The translations under genes were made by a program, and so were the position numbers. A stretch of 64,000 nucleotides of DNA from Polyangiaceae bacterium (GTDB taxonomy: Bacteria; Myxococcota_A; Polyangia; Polyangiales; Polyangiaceae): NCBI GenBank assembly GCA_965222375.1, contig CBDCTZ010000014.1, positions 864,001 to 928,000 of the forward strand, given 5' to 3'. This document shows positions 1 through 9,110 of the stretch, piece after piece. Within the stretch, counting starts at the first letter, position 1. Every line of letters begins with the position of its first letter. Below the pieces are notes generated by a model, which searched no databases, was not told where the DNA came from, and saw only the letters and a list, made by a program, of their open reading frames with translations.

Positions 1-407
1 TGATCGTGGTGTTCGGCTGTGGCGGAAGTCGGGATCCGGGCAAGCGGCCCGAAATGGGACGAATGGCAGCAGGCATCTCGCAGCTGGCCATCTTGACCAG
101 CGACAACCCCCGCGACGAGAGCCCCGCCGCGATCATCGAGGAAATCGCCGCGGGCGCCCTTGCCGCTGGCGCCCAGGAGGAAGATCCATCTGCGGCTGGG
201 CGTACGCTTTCGAGCAAGGGCCCGTGTGTCGTGGCTCGAATGGTCGATCGCAAGATTGCGATCACCGCGGCGTTGAAAGTCGCACGAGAATGGGAAGGTA
301 GTTGTGTGGTGGTCGCCGGCAAAGGGCACGAGCGAGTGCAATGGATCGGTGAGACCGCGCACCCCTTTGATGATGCACTCGTGGTTCGAGAGGCACTCAG
401 TCAGTGA
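1..407 (+). CDS. murE: UDP-N-acetylmuramoyl-tripeptide synthetase MurE, C-terminal part (5' end outside window)
   Basis: FGCGGxRDxGKRPxMG, TSDNPR (meso-DAP specificity motif) and AGKGHE motifs. Confidence 0.9.
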   Translation, partial: IVVFGCGGSRDPGKRPEMGRMAAGISQLAILTSDNPRDESPAAIIEEIAAGALAAGAQEEDPSAAGRTLSSKGPCVVARMVDRKIAITAALKVAREWEGSCVVVAGKGHERVQWIGETAHPFDDALVVREALSQ

Positions 408-448
408 CGGGTTTGGGTTTTTGTCGCGACTGCTGAAAGGACGCGAAG

Positions 449-860
449 ATGAAGATTGATCGTGAAAAGTTTCTTGCCCTTGCGGCGTTCACCGGCGCGG
501 TATGCGCGAGCGGTTGTTACGTGGACAGCGGGCCTCCTCGCAATCAGGGCCAGCCCCCCGCCGCCTCAACCCGGCTACGCGCCGCCTCCGGGTCAAGCGC
601 CGCCGCCCGCAGCCCAACCCGCGCCGGGTCCGGCACCCGTAGCCCAACCGGGCCCGGCACCCGCAGGTCAACCGCAACCCGGCGCCGCTCCCGCCCCTGG
701 CGGTCAGCCCGCTCCCGGGCAGTGGCCGGGTCTTCCTCCGGGCTTCCAGCCGCCGCCAGGTTGGCAACCTCCAGCAGGCTGGACACCCCCAGCGGGTTGG
801 GTACCGCCGCCATCCGGCGAAGGCGGTGCAGTCGTGCCACCGCCTGCCGGCGAACGATAA
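449..860 (+). pseudogene. Pro/Gln/Gly-rich lipoprotein, frameshifted at the C6 run 554-559
   Basis: MKIDREKFLALAAFTGAVCASGC signal/lipobox in the frame of 449; the PQPGYAPPPG...PPPGWQPPAGW tail is in the +1 frame ending at 860; deleting one C joins them. Confidence 0.6.
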
Positions 861-997
861 AGTCCGAATCTCCGCAACTTCGTGGCTGGCCCAAGCGTAC
901 CGGCGTCTTCATCGGGCCGGACCGGATCATCAAGAGCAAACAGCACACGGACATGGAAAGTACGATCCGGCTGCAGATCGCTGGGATCCTGCAGTAA

Positions 998-1481
998 TCA
1001 GCGCAAGCGAAACGACAGCTCGGTGTTGCCGATGCGGAAGCGGTCACCGTCGGCGAGGGCTTTTCGCATGATGCGTTCAGATCCGAAGAACGTGCCCGAG
1101 CTTGAGCCCATGTCGACCAAGAACGCGTCGCTGTCGATGATTTCGACGATGGCGTGCTGAAAGTCCACGGAGTCGTCATCCAAGCGCAGGTGACACGCGT
1201 CGTTCTTGCCGATGATGAAGTGGCGCCGGGTGATGACGTGCTCGACGTTGCCCACGCTGACCGTCAGGCGGATGGGCAGGCCTGAGAGCCGTGCTCGGAC
1301 TCGGGGCCAGGGACAGACAGGGTCGCGCCCGGACCCCGACATCCACATCCGTGACCGCTTCCGCCAAGGCCAACAGAGCAAAGGAGCGGGGGTCCGTGTT
1401 GCGCTCCTGTGCGGAGCGAACCAGCTGCTCCCACAGGCTGTCGGGGATCTGGAGGGTCTTGTCGTCCAAGTCGTCGGCCAT
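998..1481 (-). pseudogene. FHA-domain protein with an N-terminal RHH-like segment, split by a frameshift near 1270-1340
   Basis: FHA motifs FIIGK...CHLRLDD..V...HA.V...LVDMGSSSGTF in ORF 998-1381; plausible N-terminus MADDLDDKTLQIPDSLWEQL... lies in another frame (1176-1481). Confidence 0.6.
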
Positions 1482-1542
1482 CCGGGCCGGGCATCCTACC
1501 CCGGGACGGCCCTCATCCCTTGACGGCCCCAGAAAAGCATTG

Positions 1543-1568
1543 TATCCGATTATCCTGATAGTCGGATA
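1543..1568. promoter_or_regulatory. Inverted repeat, candidate SahR-type autoregulatory operator; TTGACG -35 at 1520-1525
   Basis: TATCCGATTATC-CT-GATAGTCGGATA (11/12 match) overlapping the ATG at 1568. Confidence 0.6.
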
Positions 1569-2548
1569 TGTCCAGCGTCGACCATACTGTGAGCCTGCTG
1601 CACCTGTTCGGGGATACCACCCGGGTGCGCCTTTTGGCGCTGCTCAGCCGAGACGAACTCAGCGTCGCGGAGCTCACCAGCATCACCGAGTTGCCCCAGT
1701 CCCGGGTTTCGACACACTTGGGCAAGCTGCGGGAGGCCGGCATGCTCAGGGATCGACGGGTTGGCGCGTCGACCTTCTACGCCCTCAACGACGTTGCCAT
1801 GCCCGAAGAGGCCCGTCGAGTCTGGACGTTGGTGCGTGAGGAAACCAAGGACGCTGTACTGGACGCGGACCGCGCTCGAGGCGACCGGCTGCGCAAGGCA
1901 CGGGAAAGCGGCGGCTCTTGGCCAGACTCCATCGCCGGCGAGATGGAGCGTCACTACTCCCCGGGACGAACCTGGGAAGCGACTGCGCGGGGCCTGCTCG
2001 GGTTCATCGATCTCGGGGACTTCCTCGATCTCGGTTCCGGTGACGGCGCCATCGCTCAACTCCTGCTCCCCCGCTGTCGCAGTGTGACCTGCGTCGATCG
2101 GAGCGAAAGGATGATCGCGGCGGCTAAGCGTCGCTTCAAAGGCGTGCCCAGGGTGCGCTTGGCCCAGGCAGACATGGAGGCCTTGCCCTTCGAAGATGCA
2201 AGCTTCGACCATGCCCTGTGCTCGAGCGCGCTGACCTTCGTCCCGAACCACGGACGCGCGCTGAGTGAAGCCGCGCGGGTACTTCGCCCCGGCGGACGCT
2301 TCGTAGTGACCACCCTTTCGGCCCATTCCCACGCCAGCGTCACGGAAACCTATGGTCACCGCCACCCCGGGTTCGAACCCGCACAGCTGGCCGAGCTGCT
2401 CAGTCAAGCCGGCCTGTCCGTGGACCAATGCCAGGTCACGTCGCGAGAGCGCAAGAAGCCCTACTTCGAAGTCATCTCCGCATTTGCCTCCAAGCCCGCC
2501 TCCGGCGAGCACCCAGAAAAGAAGAACGGAAACGGAAAACGCTCATGA
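1568..2548 (+). CDS. ArsR-family HTH fused to class I SAM-binding methyltransferase domain (SahR-type methionine regulator)
   Basis: ArsR wHTH ([12 protein letters not shown]...[15 protein letters not shown]), DLGSGDG SAM motif, RVLRPGG; ATGA overlap with metH. Confidence 0.88.
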   Translation: MSSVDHTVSLLHLFGDTTRVRLLALLSRDELSVAELTSITELPQSRVSTHLGKLREAGMLRDRRVGASTFYALNDVAMPEEARRVWTLVREETKDAVLDADRARGDRLRKARESGGSWPDSIAGEMERHYSPGRTWEATARGLLGFIDLGDFLDLGSGDGAIAQLLLPRCRSVTCVDRSERMIAAAKRRFKGVPRVRLAQADMEALPFEDASFDHALCSSALTFVPNHGRALSEAARVLRPGGRFVVTTLSAHSHASVTETYGHRHPGFEPAQLAELLSQAGLSVDQCQVTSRERKKPYFEVISAFASKPASGEHPEKKNGNGKRS

Positions 2549-5500
2549 GCCAATCGGACATCGTCAAAGCACTGGAAGCAGAAGCGAAGAAACGCATCTT
2601 GGTCATGGACGGCGCCATGGGCACCGCGATCCAGGGCTACAAGCTCGAAGAAGCGGATTTTCGCGGAGAGCGCTTTTTCTCCCACTCCACGGATCTGCAA
2701 GGCAACAACGACCTGATCAGCCTGACCAAGCCTGACGTCATCGAGGCGATTCACGCCGAGTACCTCGAGTCCGGCGCGGACGTCATCGAGACCAACACCT
2801 TCAACGCGACCCGGATTTCCCAAGCGGACTACAAGACCGAGGATCTCGCCTACGAACTGAACCTGGAGTCCGCGAAGATCGCGCGGCGCGTCGCGGACCG
2901 CTTCAGCAACGACAACCCGTCGCAGCGCCGATTCGTGGCCGGCGCGATCGGCCCCCTCAACCGAACCCTGAGCATGTCGCCCAAGGTGGAGGACCCGGGG
3001 TTTCGCGCGGTGAGCTTCGACGAAGTCCGAGAGGCCTACGCAGAGCAAGTGCGGGGCCTGATCGACGGCGGCGTGGACATTCTGCTTCCGGAAACGGTCT
3101 TCGACACCCTCAACCTCAAGGCGGCTATCGTCGCCATCGAAGAGGTTTTCGAGGAAAAGAGCGTGTGCTTGCCGATCATGTTGAGCGGCACCATCACCGA
3201 CAAGAGTGGGCGCACTCTCTCCGGCCAAACCTTGGATGCGTTTTGGACCAGCGTGGCACACGCTCGGCCGCTGGCGGTGGGCATCAACTGTGCCCTCGGT
3301 GCCCGGGAGATGCGGCCCTACATGGAGGAGCTGAGCCGCATCGCCGACGTCATGGTCTCCTGTTACCCCAACGCCGGGCTGCCGAACGCCTTCGGCGAAT
3401 ACGACGAGCTGCCGGACGAAACCGGGCAGTTACTGAGAAGCTTCGCCAACGACGGCTTGGTGAACATCGTCGGCGGCTGCTGCGGCACGACACCCGCGCA
3501 CATCCGGGCCATCAAGAGCCACGTTGAAGGTGTGGCGCCGCGACCCATTCCGGAGCTGGAGCCCGTGACTCGCTATGCGGGGCTGGAGACCCTGACCATC
3601 GACAAGGCCACCAACTTCACGATGGTGGGTGAGCGCACCAACGTGACCGGTAGCCGGCGCTTCGCGCGCTTGATCAAAGAAGACGATTACGACACTGCCC
3701 TCGAAGTCGCTCTCGAACAGGTGCGCGGCGGGGCCAATGTTATCGATGTTAACATGGACGAAGCCATGCTCGATTCCGAGGCGGCGATGGAGAAGTTCCT
3801 CCGCCTGATCGCCAGCGAGCCGGAGATCTCGCGGGTTCCGATCATGATCGACAGCTCCAAGTGGTCCGTGATCGAGGCCGGCCTGAAGAACGTGCAGGGC
3901 AAGGCCATCGTCAACTCCATCAGCATGAAAGAAGGCGTGGAGGACTTCTTGGACAAGGCCAAGAAGGTGCGCCGTTACGGTGCCGGCATCGTGGTCATGG
4001 CCTTCGACGAAGAAGGTCAGGCGGAAACCGCGGAGCGAAAGTTCGAAATCTGCCAAAAGGCCTACAAGCTCCTGACCGAAGAAGCCGGCTTTTCGCCCCA
4101 GGACATCATCTTCGACCCCAACGTCTTTGCAGTCGCCACGGGCATCGAAGGACACAACCGCTTCGGCTTGAACTTCATCGAAGCCGCCAAGCAGATCAAA
4201 GAGCAGTTGCCCGGTGCCAAGATCAGTGGCGGCATCAGCAACTTGTCATTCTCGTTCCGTGGCAACGACCGCGTGCGCGAGGCCTTTCACTCAGCGTTCT
4301 TGTTCCATGCCATCCGCGCCGGGCTCGACATGGGCATCGTCAATGCCGGCCAGCTGGTGGTGTACGAAGAAATCGAGGCAGAGCTCCTGGAGCGTGTGGA
4401 AGATGTGCTGTTCGACCGTCGGGCGGACGCCACCGAGCGCATGGTCGAACTTGCCGAGCAGGTTCGAGGCAGCGGCAAGAAGCGTGAAGTCGACTTGAGC
4501 TGGCGACAAGGCAGCGTCGAGAGCCGCATCGAACACGCCTTGGTCCGCGGTATTGTCGACTACATCGTCGAAGACGCCGAGGAAGCTCGGCTCGCTCTGG
4601 AGAGCCCTCTCTCGGTGATCGAAGGTCCCATGATGGCGGGCATGAGCGTGGTCGGCGACCTCTTCGGCGCTGGCAAGATGTTCTTGCCTCAGGTGGTCAA
4701 GAGCGCCCGCGTCATGAAGAAGGGTGTGGCGCACTTGGAGCCCTTCATGGAGGCTCAACGCGACGCTCGTGCAAGTCGGGCCGGTAAGATCGTGATGGCT
4801 ACGGTCAAAGGCGACGTGCACGACATTGGCAAGAACATCGTCGGCGTTGTCCTCGGCTGCAACAACTACGAGGTCGTCGACTTGGGCGTGATGGTCCCTT
4901 GCGACAAGATCATTCGTACCGCCATCGAGGAGGGCGCCGATATGATCGGCCTCTCGGGCCTGATCACGCCCAGCCTGGACGAAATGGTTTTCGTGGCCAA
5001 GGAGATGGAGCGCCGGGGCCTGAAAATCCCGTTGCTCATCGGCGGCGCGACCACGAGTCGCCAGCACACTGCCGTCAAGATCGCTCCGGTGTATTCCGGG
5101 CCCGTGGTGCACGTGCACGACGCGTCTCGAGCCGTCAGTGTGGTTTCCTCGCTGCTGGACAAGAAACAGCACGGCACCTTCGTCGAGTATGTGCGAACCG
5201 AGCAAGAGCGTCTACGCAAGGCCCACGCCGGCCGCGCCGTAAAGCCGCCCATGCCCTTGTCGGAGGCGCGAAAACGCTCCACGCCCATCGACTGGAAGGT
5301 GAAGGACCTGGCGCGCCCCAGCTTCCTCGGCGCACGTCTGATCGAGGAGCAGCCCCTCTCGGAGCTGGTTCCCTACATCGACTGGACCTTCTTCTTCGCT
5401 GCTTGGGAATTGAAGGGTAAGTTCCCGCGCATCTTCGAGCACCCCGACTACGGCGACGCCGCTCGAGAGCTCTACGACAACGCCCGGGCGCTGCTCGACA

Positions 5501-6297
5501 CCATCGTCAAAGAGGAATCCCTCACGGCCAAGGGTGTCTACGGCTTCTGGCCCGCCGCGTCCGAGGGCGACGACATCGTGCTGTTCGAGACCGAAGCCAG
5601 AAAGAAGGAGATCGCTCGGTTCAACATGCTCCGCCAACAGGTGAAGCATGATGCGGGCCCTTGTCGCTCCTTGGCGGACTTCGTGGCGCCTCGGGACAGC
5701 CACCTGCCTGACTACATCGGCGCCTTTGCTGTCACGGCAGGCCTGGGAGAGCGGGAATTGGCATCACGATTCGAGAAAGACTACGACGACTACGACGCGA
5801 TCATGGTCAAGGCTCTGGCGGATCGCCTGGCCGAAGCCTTCGCGGAGCAGTTGCATCGCCGAGCTCGCCAAGAGTGGGGCTACGATCTCAAGGAGCACCT
5901 CTCGCCCCACGAGCTGCTCGAAGAGCAGTACCGCGGCATTCGCCCAGCCTTTGGCTATCCCGCCTGCCCGGACCACACCGAAAAAGCAAAGCTCTTTGCT
6001 CTGCTCGAGCCCGAGCGCATCGGCATGGCGCACACGGATCGCTTCGCGATGATGCCCGCGGCGAGCGTCAGTGGCTTGTACTTCGCTCACCCCGAGACGC
6101 GCTACTTCAACGTGGGTCGCATTGGTCGCGACCAGGTCGAGGAGTACGCAGAGCGCAAGAACATGACCGTGATCGAGGCCGAGCGCTGGCTCGCGCCGAA
6201 CCTGGGCTACGACCCGAGCGAAGCGGGGCGACCTGGCATCGCCGAGATCAGCGCAAGCACTCCGCCCCAGGAGGCTCGGAGCTTGGCCGCGCGTTAG
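2545..6297 (+). CDS. metH: Cobalamin-dependent methionine synthase
   Basis: DGAMGT, GGCCGT Zn ligands, [21 protein letters not shown] cobalamin-binding motif, [14 protein letters not shown] reactivation domain; ATG at 2545. Confidence 0.98.
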   Translation: MSQSDIVKALEAEAKKRILVMDGAMGTAIQGYKLEEADFRGERFFSHSTDLQGNNDLISLTKPDVIEAIHAEYLESGADVIETNTFNATRISQADYKTEDLAYELNLESAKIARRVADRFSNDNPSQRRFVAGAIGPLNRTLSMSPKVEDPGFRAVSFDEVREAYAEQVRGLIDGGVDILLPETVFDTLNLKAAIVAIEEVFEEKSVCLPIMLSGTITDKSGRTLSGQTLDAFWTSVAHARPLAVGINCALGAREMRPYMEELSRIADVMVSCYPNAGLPNAFGEYDELPDETGQLLRSFANDGLVNIVGGCCGTTPAHIRAIKSHVEGVAPRPIPELEPVTRYAGLETLTIDKATNFTMVGERTNVTGSRRFARLIKEDDYDTALEVALEQVRGGANVIDVNMDEAMLDSEAAMEKFLRLIASEPEISRVPIMIDSSKWSVIEAGLKNVQGKAIVNSISMKEGVEDFLDKAKKVRRYGAGIVVMAFDEEGQAETAERKFEICQKAYKLLTEEAGFSPQDIIFDPNVFAVATGIEGHNRFGLNFIEAAKQIKEQLPGAKISGGISNLSFSFRGNDRVREAFHSAFLFHAIRAGLDMGIVNAGQLVVYEEIEAELLERVEDVLFDRRADATERMVELAEQVRGSGKKREVDLSWRQGSVESRIEHALVRGIVDYIVEDAEEARLALESPLSVIEGPMMAGMSVVGDLFGAGKMFLPQVVKSARVMKKGVAHLEPFMEAQRDARASRAGKIVMATVKGDVHDIGKNIVGVVLGCNNYEVVDLGVMVPCDKIIRTAIEEGADMIGLSGLITPSLDEMVFVAKEMERRGLKIPLLIGGATTSRQHTAVKIAPVYSGPVVHVHDASRAVSVVSSLLDKKQHGTFVEYVRTEQERLRKAHAGRAVKPPMPLSEARKRSTPIDWKVKDLARPSFLGARLIEEQPLSELVPYIDWTFFFAAWELKGKFPRIFEHPDYGDAARELYDNARALLDTIVKEESLTAKGVYGFWPAASEGDDIVLFETEARKKEIARFNMLRQQVKHDAGPCRSLADFVAPRDSHLPDYIGAFAVTAGLGERELASRFEKDYDDYDAIMVKALADRLAEAFAEQLHRRARQEWGYDLKEHLSPHELLEEQYRGIRPAFGYPACPDHTEKAKLFALLEPERIGMAHTDRFAMMPAASVSGLYFAHPETRYFNVGRIGRDQVEEYAERKNMTVIEAERWLAPNLGYDPSEAGRPGIAEISASTPPQEARSLAAR

Positions 6298-6380
6298 AGC
6301 GTTGGTTTCTTGGGGGGGATGTGGCGGACAAGTCCGTCATCGGGAGTTCTTCGAGGTTCGGAGCGGGGGCGCTTGGAGTG

Positions 6381-6476
6381 ACGTGGACGTGGACGTGGAC
6401 GTCTACGTGGACGTCTACGTGGACGTGGACGTGGACGTGGACGTGGACGGGTACGCGGACGGGTACGCGGACGGTC
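6381..6476. repeat. Tandem hexamer array, 16 units of ACGnnn (mostly ACGTGG; variants ACGTCT, ACGGGT, ACGCGG, ACGGTC)
   Basis: Read directly from the sequence; intergenic, ~160 bp upstream of the four-helix-bundle gene. Confidence 0.95.
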
Positions 6477-6592
6477 GGGTTGTTCGGCGATGTGGCCAAA
6501 TTGCGACGTCGGTCTGCAAGCCCGTGCCAGCTTCGCTGTCACTTGGGCTTGCGCGCGCGTTTGACGGGTAAGAACCAACGAATTGGTTCGCG

Positions 6593-6636
6593 ATGGTTCG
6601 AAACCTCCTTCTTGGGTGAAGGAGGCTTCGAATCAT
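6593..6636 (+). promoter_or_regulatory. 19-bp hairpin sequestering the Shine-Dalgarno (GAAGGAGG) of the four-helix-bundle gene
   Basis: ATGGTTCGAAACCTCCTTC-ttgggt-GAAGGAGGCTTCGAATCAT (one mismatch, one G-U), immediately before ATG 6637. Confidence 0.7.
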
Positions 6637-6984
6637 ATGAAGACATCTAGTGAATCACTATTGCCGCATCATCGACTGCGGGCGTTTCGGGTGGCGCTCG
6701 AGTTTTTGGGTGCCGTGAAGGCGGCGAAGATCCGGGACCGGGTGGACCGCGATCAAGCCATCCGAGCCGCCAAGAGTGCTTGTCGGAATATCGCTGAGGC
6801 CACGGGGCGCGTGTCGCGTGCTGACAAGGCTCGGGTGTTCGGAATCGCCCGTGGTGAAACCATTGAAGCAATTGCGGCCTGTGAGATTGCGGCGGAAGCT
6901 GGCGATGCGCTTGCTAGCGCGCTGCCGCGAGTGCTCGACCGAGGCAATGCACTCTACGCCATGCTCACGGCGCTTTCGCGCTGA
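6637..6984 (+). CDS. Four helix bundle protein (23S rRNA IVS-protein / Avd-like family)
   Basis: 115 aa; HRLRAFRVA...DQAIRAAKSACRNIAEATGR.S..DKARVFGIARGE..E matches the family pattern DQ.RA..S...NIAEG.GR; GGAGG RBS. Confidence 0.85.
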   Translation: MKTSSESLLPHHRLRAFRVALEFLGAVKAAKIRDRVDRDQAIRAAKSACRNIAEATGRVSRADKARVFGIARGETIEAIAACEIAAEAGDALASALPRVLDRGNALYAMLTALSR

Positions 6985-7203
6985 GAAGGGCGACCACTTG
7001 CCGCACTGACGTAGCGTAACGTTCGGTACAGGCAGACCTTCGCGTGCCGCGCAGGAATCATTCGAATCTTCTGGTGGCCGCGATGTGCGTGGTTGTGTGA
7101 TGGAGACCGACCTAACAACTGGGTCGTCGCGGCGTTCTTGTGGCGCGGCTGGAACGCGCGCGGGACCAGTGATAGTCTCGCAATCTGGCCGGGGAGAAGG
7201 ACA

Positions 7204-8773
7204 ATGAAGTGGTACGCCTCTAGCACGCACGCACGATAGATTTGGCGCTCTTGCGGCGGCGCTGCTAGTCCTTGGCGTGCTGGGCTGCGACGATCCTCGC
7301 CTCCACAACGTTCGCTTGTCGACGAGTCAGGGCACGGCGGATCGTTTCATCGGGGGGAATCACACCTACGCCTGGGGTGTGGACCAGCTCCAGCCGGCTG
7401 TCGGGCCGGCAGGCGGCGGTATCGCCTTTACCGCCGGCCATCCGGCGGCGCAGTTCCTTCTCTCACCACGGCAACAAGAACTGATGGCGTTTGACGGCGC
7501 GTGGAACCTCGGTCCGGAAGGCTTCCTTCAAGCCAGCAGGCCCATCGACCTCAGCACCGGCGACTTCACAGCTTACAACACGATTCTCGGTCACGGGGCC
7601 ATGCAGCTCCAGGGTCCTCCGGGGTACGGGAACTTCCGGGCTGCACACCTCGTTCGCTATTGGCACGGTGCATGTAGCATTCGGCTGAACTGGACGGTGG
7701 GTGACCTCGCGCTGTTTCCGTTGATCGACGAAGGGTTGGGCAGGGCGTTCGCGTGTTCGGCGAGGTATCCGGTCGAAAAAGACCCGCAGTGCGCGACCAA
7801 CAGCGAGACCTATTTTCCATGCCCGCTCGTCAAGAACACCACGCCCGGCGTGTCGATGACGAGCGCAATCGACACCGCCCAATAATACCCGCATTTTTCG
7901 AGTGAAGAGTCGACGAACCGGATGGGCTTCTTCTTTCACAACCGCTACGAAATCGGGGTCAAGTTCATCGACGCTCCGATATTCACCGCCAGCGTTAGGG
8001 TGAACCCGACCTACGAAATGCGCGCAAGCAGCGACGGATTCGTGCTGGTCAAGGAAAGCGACTTCGCACCGACGTATGTAGTCCTCATTCCCGGGAAGAA
8101 CTCTGTCAAGAACAACATCATCATTCCCGGGTTGCGGAAGAACCTGCCGATTCAGCTAGAGCAGCAGTTCCGCGACAACCTAACGATCGCGTTGGAAGAC
8201 GTTACCCCGGGGATCCCGCCGCCGTTCCAGTCGGCGTACACGGACATGATCTCGTGTGACGCGGACGAGAACCGTGACCAGCAACAGGCCACGTGCTTTG
8301 GTCAGATCGCAGGAAACCCGTTGCTTCAGCAGTATGTTCAGAACTTCATCACCTCGCTGCTGCCCGCGCCGGAGTTCCTGCCCTTTGCGATCGCAGAGGC
8401 CGCAAAATTCGTACAAGGCCCCCGCCCTGAAAACTTCACTTGCCGGCGCACCGACACAGGGGACTTCTGTGCGTTCCGCTCGATCGTCCGTCGTGTGAAT
8501 GTCTTGCCCAACGAACTCGAGCTGGTCTTGGTCCAAGATCTGGACTCCGGAGGCGCCCAAGCTGACAACGAGCGCGCGCTGTACTCCATTCTACCCTTGC
8601 TTGCCATCAACGCTGGCGTTCCCCTACCGAGCGAGCTATCGAGTTTGTGCCGCGAGCCCATACGCCCAACGCGCGGCACCATCGCGCGATACCAGAGGTC
8701 GAACGTCCCCCTACCGGAGCCGCAGAGCTGCGCTGAGTGCTATGGAGCCGACCCAGTTTGCGAACAGTTCTAG
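7204..8773 (+). pseudogene. Exported/lipoprotein hypothetical gene interrupted twice (GCAC x3 frameshift at 7223-7234; in-frame TAA at 7883-7885)
   Basis: RBS plus ATG at 7204; removing one GCAC gives MKWYASSTHDRFGALAAALLVLGVLGC; ORFs 7277-7885 and 7922-8773 are in the same frame, separated by one stop. Confidence 0.55.
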
Positions 8774-8780
8774 GTTCACG

Positions 8781-9110
8781 ATGAACAACCCCGCGTCGTG
8801 CGCATTGGTGTTGGCCTTGCTGCCGAGTTGCGGCGATGCCGAGCCCCCGCGGCGAGAATTGGGTGAGGTGTGTGGCGTGGACGCGATCTGTCGCGAGGGC
8901 CTTGAATGCCGGCGTATCAGTCCTGAATCGGACAACCGGCGCCAGTGCACCACGCCCTGCGACCTGTTCGCTGCGAACCCTCACGCTCCGTGCGAAAAGT
9001 TCAGCAAGGGCGCCCGTTGTTCCAGCGGGCTGTGCATGCGCTCGTGTGAGGGCGGTTGCCCGGATTTCACCATTTGTCGCCCTTTCGGGATGGTATGCGA
9101 AGCATACTGA
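8781..9110 (+). CDS. Small Cys-rich lipoprotein
   Basis: LALLPSC lipobox-like signal, many regularly spaced Cys; sits in tandem with its neighbours. Confidence 0.65.
   Translation: MNNPASCALVLALLPSCGDAEPPRRELGEVCGVDAICREGLECRRISPESDNRRQCTTPCDLFAANPHAPCEKFSKGARCSSGLCMRSCEGGCPDFTICRPFGMVCEAY

Noticed and set aside
2428..2544. N-terminal extension of MetH
   Set aside because: Overlaps the regulator gene; the ATGA-coupled start at 2545 fits the conserved N-terminus
6381..6476. CRISPR array
   Set aside because: Contiguous 6-bp units with no spacers and no cas genes
5874..6650. ORFs translating the hexamer tract (TWTW, VDVD, HVHV, RPRP peptides)
   Set aside because: Low-complexity by-products of the repeat; several overlap metH or lack an RBS
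6300..7200. 23S rRNA intervening sequence
   Set aside because: The flanks show no rRNA sequence
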